A stretch of DNA of 61,813 bases, from the NCBI GenBank assembly GCA_022813865.1, contig JALDZX010000043.1, positions 124,001 through 185,813 on the forward strand, in the 5' to 3' direction. The notes beneath the pieces are model-generated. The model saw only the letters and a program-made list of their open reading frames with translations. It was not told the DNA's origin and made no database searches. This document shows positions 37,988 to 49,750 of the stretch, piece after piece; positions within the stretch are counted from its first letter, which is position 1, and every line of letters begins with the position of its first letter. A program made the position numbers and the translations under genes. The stretch comes from Xylographa opegraphella. Taxonomy: Eukaryota.

Positions 37988-39382
37988 GGTGAATGGCGGC
38001 ACAGGTCCGTGAATTCGCACGCAAGGGTTGCCATTTCCAGTATCATCAGCGCTGGCTGCGTGAGTCAATAGCGACGAAGAGACTGCACGGTGGCTGATAG
38101 GTGGAGGCAAGTGTCTTCGTTCCTTTACACATACATCGCCTAATTTAAAGAGGACCATTTCATATCAAGATGCAGATATGTACAATATTTCAAAGAAACA
38201 AATTTATATATTGTGTGTGCTAGACAATAGTCGTGGTTTTCTCGCATGTGGAGCATGGGGGTCAGCCGACCCTTCATCTAGTTGTTTCACTTGGATGCGA
38301 AGCTATCATTGCTAATCAGATGTATCAGTCTTCAACAACTTCGGACCGAGAAACCTTCGCACTTGAGGCTAGGTACTTACCCACAACCATGCATGGGTGG
38401 ATGCGTTAACATTGACATCAACGTTGTTCCTGTGCCTGTCTTGCAAGCCAAGTCAGCGCCCGTCCACTTCTGAGCACTCTTCACTCCATACCGATCTAAT
38501 AATGGCATCAAGCCATGCTAATAGCCCTGAAGCCTCATATCTAGGTATCTCAACCTTTAATGCAGGGTTGGGCGTACGATACAGATAGCAATCTGTGGCG
38601 ATCAGCCTTCAGGCAATAAAGCGAGTGCTTCGACACTATCTTACACTGAATAGTGAATTAGTTGGGCCGCATGCTAGCCTACGAAACTAATTGAAATCTC
38701 GCAGACAACAGGACTTCGAAGAACGTTCACATGTTGTATATTCGAATTTTCTAGTGGTGGATACACGCAAGTTAGCAGGAACTGGGTACGGAACGGTCTT
38801 AATCTCGAGGCTCGAGAGATGCAGATTCTTGTGCAAAAGGACAGGAAGACATTCGAATGCAACACGAATACACGAAATCTACAAAGGCTCCACATATGAT
38901 GATTGTAAGCTCATGTCTCTTCACATCTGATAGGTATATCCTTGAATTTCTTCCTCTTGATGCAATACCCAGAACAAGCAGTGTAATATATACTTGGCTA
39001 CCAGCATGACCTCTGTGTACTCACTGCATTATCTCGGGATGTCATATAGATGGAAGGTCATTTGAACCTGAACAGAATCTAAACACTTACTGTCGGTTCG
39101 CTTAATTCAATGTTCATAAATGCTACTCACGCTAATGCTGGTGGAAAAGTAAATAATCTTCATGGTGCAACCCAACCACGCAAGAACTCATTTAGATGTT
39201 ACATAACATCCAGTGGCTGGCCTTCATCAGATATCTGAGCAGCTTCGGTCTGACTTTGGAAATCATCGTGAATATTTACGGACAAGCGTATGTATTGATC
39301 GTCCTTACTCTCATCATTCGTTAATACAATGCCTGAAGTCTGACACATATTACCAGTACCTTATCCACAGTGACTTTAAGCC

Positions 39383-42039
39383 ATGTCACGCATTGTCGAT
39401 GACGCTGGTAACCTGCAGCAGTTCACTGCAGCAGTCACTGACGTCCTAGCTTCTCTTGGTCAACGTAAGGACTACGGTCATCCTGCACGAGGTGAAGCGC
39501 AAAGCTCAACAGCTGCTATTGTCCAACCTCAACCATCATCCATAGCACCAGCCATGAATTCTCATCCTTACAAACCTGGTTCTCCAGTGACAACACTGCC
39601 TCTGTACACAACCCAAGGTGTCCGAGAGGGATCATCAGCAATCGTGCCATCGCGCGGAGTCAACCAGGTGACTTCCCAAATCACTAATAGCTTTCCATCC
39701 CTACCCATTCAAGATGATCGCAAGCCAGATGGGAACAAGGTTCATTTCAAATCCATGGACAACGGTACATCAGTCAAGCCAGAATTTGCCATCAATAAAC
39801 ATCTCGACAGTCCTCAGCTAGCAGGTCTTCGGGCTCCGCCCCCAACACCTGAAACTGGGGCACAAAAGACTATTGATACTGGTTCGTACAATGAAAACTG
39901 CCTGGGAGACGACCCTCTTGAAGAAGAACTCGCAAATGAGGACCTATTGATAAGCCACATTGAAAAGCACATTATGAACAAGCCTACGCACACAGGACTT
40001 GGCGAGAGTATGTATGCTCATCGGAAACCGGCCTACCTTGCGAACGAAACTGGCCATACTCAATACACGTATTCAGGAGGCGATGCCTCTCCTACAGCTC
40101 GTCGGGAACGCGAGAAGTCTTTTGAGCGCCTTTCCTTCGTGGTGGCAAGCGCTTCGAAAGCGGAGCTTCTTTCGAAGATCAACGCGGAAACCATGATCAA
40201 ATCTGATACTTCTGGTCTGCGCCAAGCAGTCGCTTCACCAGAGAATCTAAATATTATCGAACAGGTAACCCTTGAGCTACCACGGCTTAAAGTTACCGCA
40301 CCCGGTTCTATGCGAAACCAGACCGTCAAAGACAGGCAAGCTCAAATGGAAATGGAGAAGGTTGCGCCTGCACCAACACCAGGTCTTGGACAAAGTCAGC
40401 TTATCAGAATGGTGCAGGCCCACGCAATTTTGGAAGCGACATCCCCAGTACTAGCACCAGTACCCGCGCCCGCTCAATCTGCCAAGGATGAGCGAGTACA
40501 CGTGAAATCAGAGAAGGTCCTAGCAGCGCCATCACGGACCTCTGTACCAAACCAACCTGCTAAAGGCGAGCAAGTTCGCAGTGTAGAGAATGCGGCCAAT
40601 GCTGCAGCAGAGCCATCAATCGTTGCATTCAAAGTTGAGCTACAAACGTTTCTTGATAAGTATGGTGCCCGAAATAAAGGAGCAACTACGAAGCTTGATC
40701 CACAACCCTCGGAACAGACTGCTATTCGTACAACTAATCCGACACAATCTTCAGTTCCTGCAGAGAAGAACGAAACTACTATAGAATCTTCCTCACACAA
40801 CAAGTCCAGTTCTACGATTGCTTCGGACTTGGTTCTATTACAGCAACAGTCTGGCAATAAGTCCACTTCTACAATCAACAAAAAGCCCAATCTACCACCA
40901 AACCTGAAGGTCAATAGTAAGGTCCCTGGCGATACTGAGAACGTAGGGCTACCTGCCGACCCAGTCAATGCGACCAGTGCTCGCCCAAGTACGCCATTGC
41001 GGGTTATTGCCGTCAGTCAAAAGGACATTCCGTCAACTGGTAAGGACAAGATCCATCACGTCTCAAGCACTACGCTCCGCACTATAACTCCTGTCTCAGG
41101 GAAATTTGAGGATTTGTCTCCACAAACAGCCCGCCATGTTCTTAGACCAAACACTCGAAACAGCTCTGCAGACAAATTGCAGAGCACTGATGATACATAC
41201 ACGACCTATTGGGGCCGTTATCCGGAGCCAGAGCGAAGGGACCAACCAGGTACGTATTACTATACTTCATATAGTATGCTGTAAGACAAATGGATGAATC
41301 CTCTGACTCTCTGCAAGTTGCTTGTGTACGACGGGCCATCATCTCAGCGCTTCCGATTCCATGCAGCATGAAGTTCGTAGCATCTATTGTATACGGTGGC
41401 TCGGTCGAAAACATCGTCATGAAGGCAGCCGGTACAGCCGAAGTGCTCTTTGTAAAACCCGAGGATTGCTCCAGGTACTGCGAAGAGAACAAGAACGGTC
41501 TGGTATACGGGAAAGAGGTATATGAGGGTGACAAAGCTCGGGAACTGTTCGTTCTCGTCAAAGCCCACGTGGATGTGGACGTTGTGGGAGGTAAGATGAC
41601 AGAAATGGTCCTCCGCGGTGTTTCACGATGTGTGCGTGTCATTTGGGCGGATTCGGACTACACTACGCATGATCTTTGGAAGCTCGCGGAGGGCAAGACT
41701 CGCAAGGTTGAGCATATCGTGGACGACACCAAGACTGTTGAGATTGAGAGCAACGGCAAGAAGACCAACCGAGAGGTACACTGCCCTTGCTCCTGACAAC
41801 CATTTCCACTCTGTGGTTTCAACTGACGAGGAGTGCAGTGTCGCACCGTTACCTTCCGCTTCTGCAAGATGCAGGACGCAGACAGCTTTTTCGCCTCCCT
41901 CCGTAAGGATATAGATTGGGAGCACTGCAATATTACCTTCGCACCTGACCCGTGAGTACAGCCCCGCTCTCGACAGTCGATGTGATACTGACGACTTTAT
42001 GGATGTGCCACGGCCGCGGGTGTCCATCTTGAAGATTGA
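39383..42039 (+). CDS. Fungal protein with long low-complexity N-terminus and C-terminal RRM-like domains; introns 41250-41317, 41776-41838, probable 41952-42002
   Basis: 633-aa ORF splices into RRAIISALP..VYGGSVE..AEVLF..SRCVRVI...TVTFRFCKMQDA..WEHCNITFAPDPC, a divergent RRM-like pattern. The start codon is uncertain. Confidence 0.6.
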
Positions 42040-42702
42040 GAAGATGGGCCGTGGACTACGGCTCCAGGAGCATCAGGCCGAAAGGGACGAATGCATGGGT
42101 GAGGGGCTTTTGGCTGGCTGTGCTTGGATGGCGGATGATGTACTGGAGGTATAGCTTGCCTCGGACAGTGTCGAGCCAGTGATACATGCTATGCTAGTGG
42201 AAGTGAAGCTGAAACTCACGTTCCGCAATTGTCGAATGGTGCAGAAGGTGTTCGTGACTGTGTGCAGACTCCCCGTAAGGAAGATGTCGTAGCAACCCCC
42301 GGAATGTGCTCCCACGTGCAAGAGGCCACCGTGCTGGACCTTGCCATCAGTCCTCTGGGTGGAGGGTGAGGAGCCGGCAATGGGGAAAACGCATGACGCG
42401 GCTGAGACAGTCTGCCTGCGCTGCGGTGCCATCGGCGCTTCGGTCCCATTGGCGCTGGTCCTGAGGAAGCATTGAGCTTCTGCTACGCAGTACGCCGCCA
42501 AGGATAGGACCAGCTAGATCGGAAGTGGCTGGTCCGGGTCGTGGATGCCGCAGCGAATGTGCATCGAACACGGCGCAGAAGATAGGCGCGTAGGGTCAGC
42601 ATCGAGCGAAAGTTGCCCCGACCCATCAGGCACGTACCGCCGTTGCCCTCTTGCAGGTCGCCGAACTTGTCGGAAGGATAGGGATACGAGTAATATTCTT
42701 CA

Positions 42703-42726
42703 TGTGTGTGTGTGTGTGTGTGTGTG
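42703..42726. repeat. (TG)12 microsatellite
   Basis: Direct reading of the sequence. Confidence 0.9.
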
Positions 42727-45700
42727 CGATTCGGTCCGGTCATTCCAATCCTGTCAAGCTATTTCCGTCCTCGTCAGCGGAATGTCGTTGAACCGTTCAG
42801 CCTTGTTGCCCGATGATCCAACACCGCTCATGGTTCCAGCATGGTTTCATTGGGATTCTGCTCTCCTTCACAGTGGCGAGGTGCAAAGATCGATGACGAG
42901 CGCTTTAACATTGCAACGTCGCGGAGCAGACAAGGCCCTGGACCAGTATCCAGTAACTTGGACGGCAAGGCATGCAGCTCGATAAGTTCTGCAGGATCTG
43001 ACACCCCACTCGCATACACGCGAAGAAGGGGGGAGCCCTATCTAAGGCAAGCTATGAATACCTTAAGGTACCAAGGTAGGTATACAATCCTCAAGGATAG
43101 ACAACCGGGTTTGTAAGCCTGAAGAATGGTTCCCCCGACTTGGCTGGCGGCTACGCACGATCAGGGCTCTCCAGGCTGGTTTCAAATCCTTCGGCAGTCC
43201 CACAATTCTTCCACAACGGACATCCCTCATTGCTCGGACGACTGGCACGAATCAGGAGGCACTCATCGCGGCGGGCGACGCACATAACCGTCAGCTTGAT
43301 CAGGACTGATGATGGAATCCATTGGAGGCGTGGAGAGCGAAAGGCGAGAGACGGCCGAGCGTAGGCGCAACAACGGTTGATATCACTTGTCATATGATGG
43401 AAGATGATGCTTGCATCGAGCCAGCGAAGCGTGCAGGATTCGATGTGCATGGCCCGTCAATCACTCACTCGGGCTGCCCACTTGGCGCCTATCTCGGCAC
43501 TTGCCACTACCGCTTTCGATGAATGAAACACATGCACAAGAACTCGCCACGAGGCTGAGCTGGGGGTGTGGCGTGTCGAATAATGAGGGGGGTACGGAGT
43601 CACGGGTCGCCAGGGTGGTCGGGTGAAGATAAGACCGGTTCACAGGATCAGATGGAAGCAGCATTGAGATACCAACATCATGAACCTACCCCCCTCCCCC
43701 GCCGCTTTCCCCCGTCTCATCTCTGCATTCACATGGGCAACACAGCCTGAAAGGTTGGGAGATCACGGTGTGCTGCATCACGATCCGGGATCGAGCTTTT
43801 GAGGCGCGAGCTAAAGACAAGCGCGCGCTCCGCCGATCATCTCGGCTCGAGACTCGAGCCTCGAGTCGACTGTGATCGGGGCTGCAGGCGCGGACGTAGA
43901 CGCGTCTTCCGGAGCTAAGAAAGGCAGGCCGTTCATTGGACCGATATCCGGCTCGGTGGGGGGGGCGGGAAGCGACAGACGATCCTGTTCGTTCGTTCTG
44001 GCTCTCCGAAGGTACATTCTCGGCTCGAAAGAGGCATCCGTCACGGGTTGAGAGTTGCAACGTGGAAGGAAGCAAAGCTGCCTGAATGCCGAGCTGCCGT
44101 TCGACGTTGCAGTGTGAGCCAGCCCTGAGGAATCCGCGGCAGGCCGGACGTGGCTTGCGACGGAGTCGGCTTCATCAGCAATCCTGCTTACGCTCCCACT
44201 GCTGTCGATCACACGCCTGGGGAGCTGGACGGCCGGCACGATTGGACAGCGTCACTGCGACGAGATGGATGCTTTCCTCACCGAGGCAGTCCCCCTGGTG
44301 CTTGGTCGTTGCAACGAGTCGCCGGATTGTGAATAATATGCAGGGGGGAAGAACACTACCTTACCTACCTTACCTTACCGTACCATAGCAAATCGATCGA
44401 CCTTAGCGCAGGCTCAAGCTTACATATCATCATGTGGGGGTGGTTGCCATTGTTGCAGGAATCTGACGCCGTGCCTAGGTCCAACACCACTCCCATTTAT
44501 CAGTACATAGGACTATAGACGTTGCTGTTGCGCGCTCTCGAGCTTGTGATGCGACCATAGACGAGCGGAACACGACTCGAGCAGTTGCCAATCATGTTCT
44601 GCAACCTCAGGTGGTGTGGGAGATCTGGAGCTGAGGAGCAGGGGGGGGCCCCGGCCTAGGGCGGGTAAAGGCTGGAATCAAGAGCGGGGACGTTAAGGTA
44701 GGGCACGCGGGCGCCTGTCAAAGTAGGAAGTAAAAGTGCAGTGCTCTGTCGCGCATACCACAGTAGCCTAGCCTTACCCCTCCCGACCCCTGTCCTCCCT
44801 TACCGACTTACTACGTAAGGTAAGTTCCCGCTCGGAGCCGATCCCCCACAACCCTATCGCCATCGGCCTACGAACCGCCTTACTCCGTACAGCCAACGAA
44901 TTCGCGTCGTTCCTCGACGAGGAAACAACCGACGCGAACGGCGGCGCTCGTCGGCTCGGAATCCCTCCGCCTCCGAGAGCCACAGGCTACCTTAGTAGGT
45001 ACCTTATTCTGTCCATTGGCAAAATGGCGAAATCTCGTCCACGCAGCGCTCCGACATCCACACTTCCACACTTACTCGCCAGACACTGCAACGACCAGAA
45101 GCTTGGTGGCACGATCGCAACACCGTGGTCAAGACCGTACACGTGATCCATGTTGTATGCGGGCGGCCTGGCTAAGGCTTCTGCACGCGGCGAAACACAC
45201 TATTTTGGTCAAGAATATAGCCGCCGTGCACCCCGACACGGAGGTGCCGTGGATGTCAAGACTGCCCGCCCGCATCTGCGCGATGCAGAGCCACCCTAGA
45301 ACATTTGACGGTTCCCGGTCTGTCCACGCGCTTGCTCCATGCCCCAACTCTTTGAGAGAGCGTTATCCACCCACGGCTAGGTTGCTACCGGAGGGCGGCG
45401 CGGCGGCAGTGTTTAGCTGGCCGAAGGGCATGCCGGGATGGAGCAGCCAAGGCTTTTCTCAGTTTAAGCTACCATACCTCGACTTCGGGTCCAGCTGTAC
45501 TGTGGACATACTGCTGCATATCCCTGATAGCGGCGGACGAACAGGTAATCTACTAGCACCTGCAGCGCTGGCGCTGCCCCATCCCTCCACACCCCACCCA
45601 GCCGAAATCAAGCTGAACGGTAGATAGCCAACCATTTGCAGGGCCTTCTACCGGCTGTCGATGGTCGGTCGACAGACTCATAGGCCGCGTGAACCGATGC

Positions 45701-46507
45701 AGCAGCGTCGACAAATCCCTTCATCCAAGGCATTATTAAACACCGTTACCACCACCTCCCCTGTCAGGCTTTGATACTGTCTCCCACTGCAGCAGGGCTC
45801 TGCGCTGTCTCCGCTCGCTGATTGGAGATCGTAAGCGCCGTGCCTCGACGAGGAGCAAGGGTCAACGCAAGACGGGCAATTGTGACGTTGAAGCTTGCTA
45901 ATCTCTCGTGCCGATTGCAATTTTTTTCTCGTGGCCTGTTTGTTCCCGCTGCGCTTGCGATCCTCGGAACTGGCGAATTGTTGACTAAGGACTGAACACA
46001 GTGGCACGCCCTCAATCAGCACCTCAACACCTCCTGACGTCGGTCAGGGAGTCGGCGATACAAAATTCTTGATTCCAGGATCGATAAACACTAGACCTCG
46101 AGGTAATCTGCGTTGGCTGACTGGTCCCAGCCGCACAGGAAGCGCGCGGCGCATACCCTTCAAACGATCGCGGTACAGGGAACTGCGCTCTTAATTTTCT
46201 ACGTTGGCAGTGCCGTTCAGTCATCCTGCGCCAAAGAGGCACAAAATTGCGGTTGAGCAAGACGCGGTTCTTATCCCTGGTGGTCCTGGCCGCTCTGGCT
46301 GAAGCGTTAGTGCTGCGCGTTTTGAGCAACAGGATGCTTCCGAAGTGATAAGTGCCGTGGGTCGCCTCCCTACCTGGAATAACCGCCTTTCCAGAACATA
46401 TCGCGCGGCCTTGTGACACCAGCAGTGTGATATACTCATTTTCATTCCATATTTGTTGTTGCATATACCGTTCTAGATCATTATCAATCATCTTTCCTAC
46501 CTCGAAC

Positions 46508-47086
46508 ATGGATCCGCAAAGTCAGCCAACCAATGAGAACCAACGGCGGCGGATGGCCATTCATTCGGTGCTCAACCCCGACGACGGCACTCATATCGTC
46601 AGAAGTCAACCATCCAGGGAGTCCAGCGTGGGTGACTGCAGCCAAGGAAGTAGCAGTCCATCGTCCACCGGAGACTACCGAAATATAGCTCAGAGCCACC
46701 AGCACCATCATAGCCGGCACATGTCCCGTTCGGATTCGCGCCGACGGGAACGGCGTGAGATGCGGCCAACGTATCAGCAAGAAGAAGAGTACTTCATCTG
46801 GTATCACCGCGTCGACCTTGGAATGGACTGGCGAGATGTGAGGGCAGCCTACAATGCCCAATTCCCTGATCGCCAGCGCCGGGGATTCCAGGGCATCCAG
46901 TGTAAGTACTATCGATGCTGCGAAACGCACGGCGTGCCAAGGGTGCGAGAGCGGAATCGAGCAGCCACGCCCGAGAAGTCGTACGGTGTGCGCAGCCGAC
47001 TACCTGGACTGTGGTACCCGTGGATGCGTCCACAGCATCAAAGTAGTCCTCCTTTCCACCTCAAGATATGCTCCACGAAGTGCTGA
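46508..47086 (+). CDS. Putative fungal-specific Myb/HTH-like transcriptional regulator (192 aa)
   Basis: MAIHSVLNP repressor-like short motif, then RPTYQQEEEYFIWYHRVDLGMDWRDVRAAYNAQFPDRQRRGFQGIQCKYYR with Myb-like aromatic spacing. Confidence 0.6.
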   Translation: MDPQSQPTNENQRRRMAIHSVLNPDDGTHIVRSQPSRESSVGDCSQGSSSPSSTGDYRNIAQSHQHHHSRHMSRSDSRRRERREMRPTYQQEEEYFIWYHRVDLGMDWRDVRAAYNAQFPDRQRRGFQGIQCKYYRCCETHGVPRVRERNRAATPEKSYGVRSRLPGLWYPWMRPQHQSSPPFHLKICSTKC

Positions 47087-47398
47087 CTGAGTGCCCAGCG
47101 TGATCGGGGTCGATTCGAATTGGAGTAGAGGCTTCATTCGGCGTGGCTTTTCGGATGAGCCTTGGTGGCCCAGATGATTGATCATGCGGTGCTTTCATCG
47201 AGACTGGTTTTCGTCTCATCTGATAGCGCTTCCATTCTTTCACCGGTTCAATGTAAATATCCCGGCGTTGGCGGATCCGTTGGCTTTCAGCGTTATTCAT
47301 GTAAAATGGAATGGGACGTCCAGGAGAGGAATGGATTCGGAAAGCTAGCTAGAGCGTAGTACTTGTATGCAACTTCTTACGAACAGCTACCCGCTACC

Positions 47399-48917
47399 TC
47401 ATGAAAGAAGTTGCGCCAAAGCGAGACCAGTTCCTCCCTTGTGATCATCGGCGTTGACATCACCACCAGACCACAGGCCGCGTTTCCATGGCTTTGTTTC
47501 CTCTTCATCCGAGTAAGACATTACGTCTTCATCGTACTCCTCGTCATCCGAATCTGCGTGGCGGTATCTAGACGCACCTCTCCCGTACTCGTCGTCCGAG
47601 TTGATCTCGTCCTCCGGATAGTCGTTTGCATAGTAGTCCTCAGCTTTGACCAATCAGCACTTTTGAAGACTTCGAAGAGAAAAAAAGGGTCATCAACCGT
47701 TGGAGTCTGAGCCGTCGCTGCTCAGGTCCGAGTCTCCGCCTTCGTCTTCGCCGAAAACTTCCCAGGCGGGTTCGTCTTCTTCCGGAATGACCAACAGCCC
47801 GAAGTCACTAGCTGGTGTGTAAGAATCCACCGCGCTGGGCGAGACGCTGTTGGCTGGAGCGGGCTTGGCCTCTCTAACATAAGTCTCCACAATCCATTCG
47901 GTTTCATTTTCCTGGTTGCCTTCAGTGGCGCGGCTGTCTAATAAGCCATGATCAATTGGTCCGTGAACATGGCGGCCAGACAGGGGCTTGGGCTTAACTT
48001 TTGCTTGGCGCTCCACATGGTTTGAAACAGTATCCCCTTGGGTCTGTTGTAAAGCGAATTTCTGTAGCTCCGCAGCGAGCTTCAGTGTTTCATATTCTCG
48101 TTGAGTAGCTAAAAATTCCTCCTCTGCTTGAGCTCTTGGCAGCGGCTTCTCTGAGGTGGGTCTTTGCACTTGCTTCTGCCAGTTCCGAGCCCTCCACTGT
48201 TTCTCTACAGCACTGACATTTGGTCGCTTAATAGAGGATTTCGTCTCTACTTGTGCTACCTTGGTGTGCTGTGCTGTGACTCGGATAATTTCTGTGTCCT
48301 GGTTAAGTGAAGATGTGTCTGACACCAGCACGCTCAACAGTTCCTTCGTCTGTTCCGAAAATACCGGTAAATTCGCGTGGACATTTTTCTTGTGTTTGAG
48401 TATGCCTTGTTTGGTTGCTCGCACTTGGTGAGTATACGAAACCGAATCCTTTGTCAAGTGAAATCGGCGCGGTCCAATCGCCTTCCTGGTGACTTGAAGA
48501 GCTTGGCTCTCCACCGACACATCTTGAAACAAGGCAGAGCTTCTATCATAATCCGGTCTCGGAGCGCTATCATGCCGATAATGCTCTTTTCGCTTTATCT
48601 TGAGGTCTTCTTCTCCCGGCAGAGTCGCCCGCACTATAGGTACTTGTGGCGTAGCTTTGCTGGTTTGTGTGTAGTGCGCGGCAATAGATTCGGGCTTGAC
48701 TGAAGAGGATATACTCCGAGCACCGCCCACAAGTCGGAATTGCCACGCTGTGTCGGTGAAATTCCTCTTAGGATCCCTGTGCTCTTTCTGAATAACTGTT
48801 GTGGGGACTGTCAAAAACAGTATTGTGAACATCGAGCATGCAGCACATACAAAGTGTATCAGGAAGTTCTTCATTCCGCTTTCTCTTGAGCTTCAGGAAT
48901 TCCGGGGGCAACGGCAT
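47399..48917 (-). CDS. IWR1: RNA polymerase II nuclear import factor Iwr1 (3 exons)
   Basis: N-terminal PEFLKLKRKRNEELPDTL and the spliced acidic motif DSN/AEDYYANDYPEDE. Confidence 0.85.
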
Positions 48918-49750
48918 CGTCACTTATAGAACAGGCGGATACTTCCCAGGGGAGTAGGTTGACAATCTTCAAATGTTAAGGAGCCTCACAACTCGCGGAT
49001 CAAGATTAAATCTTCGCTGAAAGACTTTACTGCATACATGATATTTACACCCCCTCGACCCCTAAGAGAGACTACGTAAACGCGGCTGAAACAATTGACT
49101 GGGGAGAGCCCCTAGGTACCTCCAGGGCTTTGGGCAAAGCGAGACGTGCTAACCATGTTGAGCATCAATTCAGATAAGAAGGACGCTAATCTAGCACTTG
49201 ATCTAGCCGAGCAATACCAAGAAGTTTTCCCATCTGTTGTTACTAATTGATCACAGTACAAGTCACATCGTCTCAGCTTCAAGCATTGATCATCTTCACG
49301 AGTTCTGTGAATTTAGCTAAACTATCTGGGCCAGTGGAGCAATGAAGCAAGGACGAATGAGTCATTTCAAGAGCTCTGGTTGAGCACATGAGCAATGCAA
49401 TCGTGCGACAGCGAGGAAGTAATTTTCTAAAAGCGAAGGCCTGAACGATCAAGGAACCTGCCGGCCACCGAAGATACAGGAGTCGTAGCAATGACTATCT
49501 ATTCTCCGGTCAAGTTTTAGTACAAATCGTGCAGAATCTGTTCATTGATGTTAATGTGATAGCGATGTGATTGCCATTAGAAGGACGGCGAGTGCAGAAA
49601 GCAAGGATCAGGAAGCAAAGTCGGACGACTAAAGAAGAAAGTAAGCCCCTCTCTATCCATGTCTGTTTTCCCAAGCAAGAAGTCGGCTTACGATAGCGAA
49701 TAGTAAACCAAGACGGCCTGCACTCTCACATGCTGAAGCGTGTACCGAAT

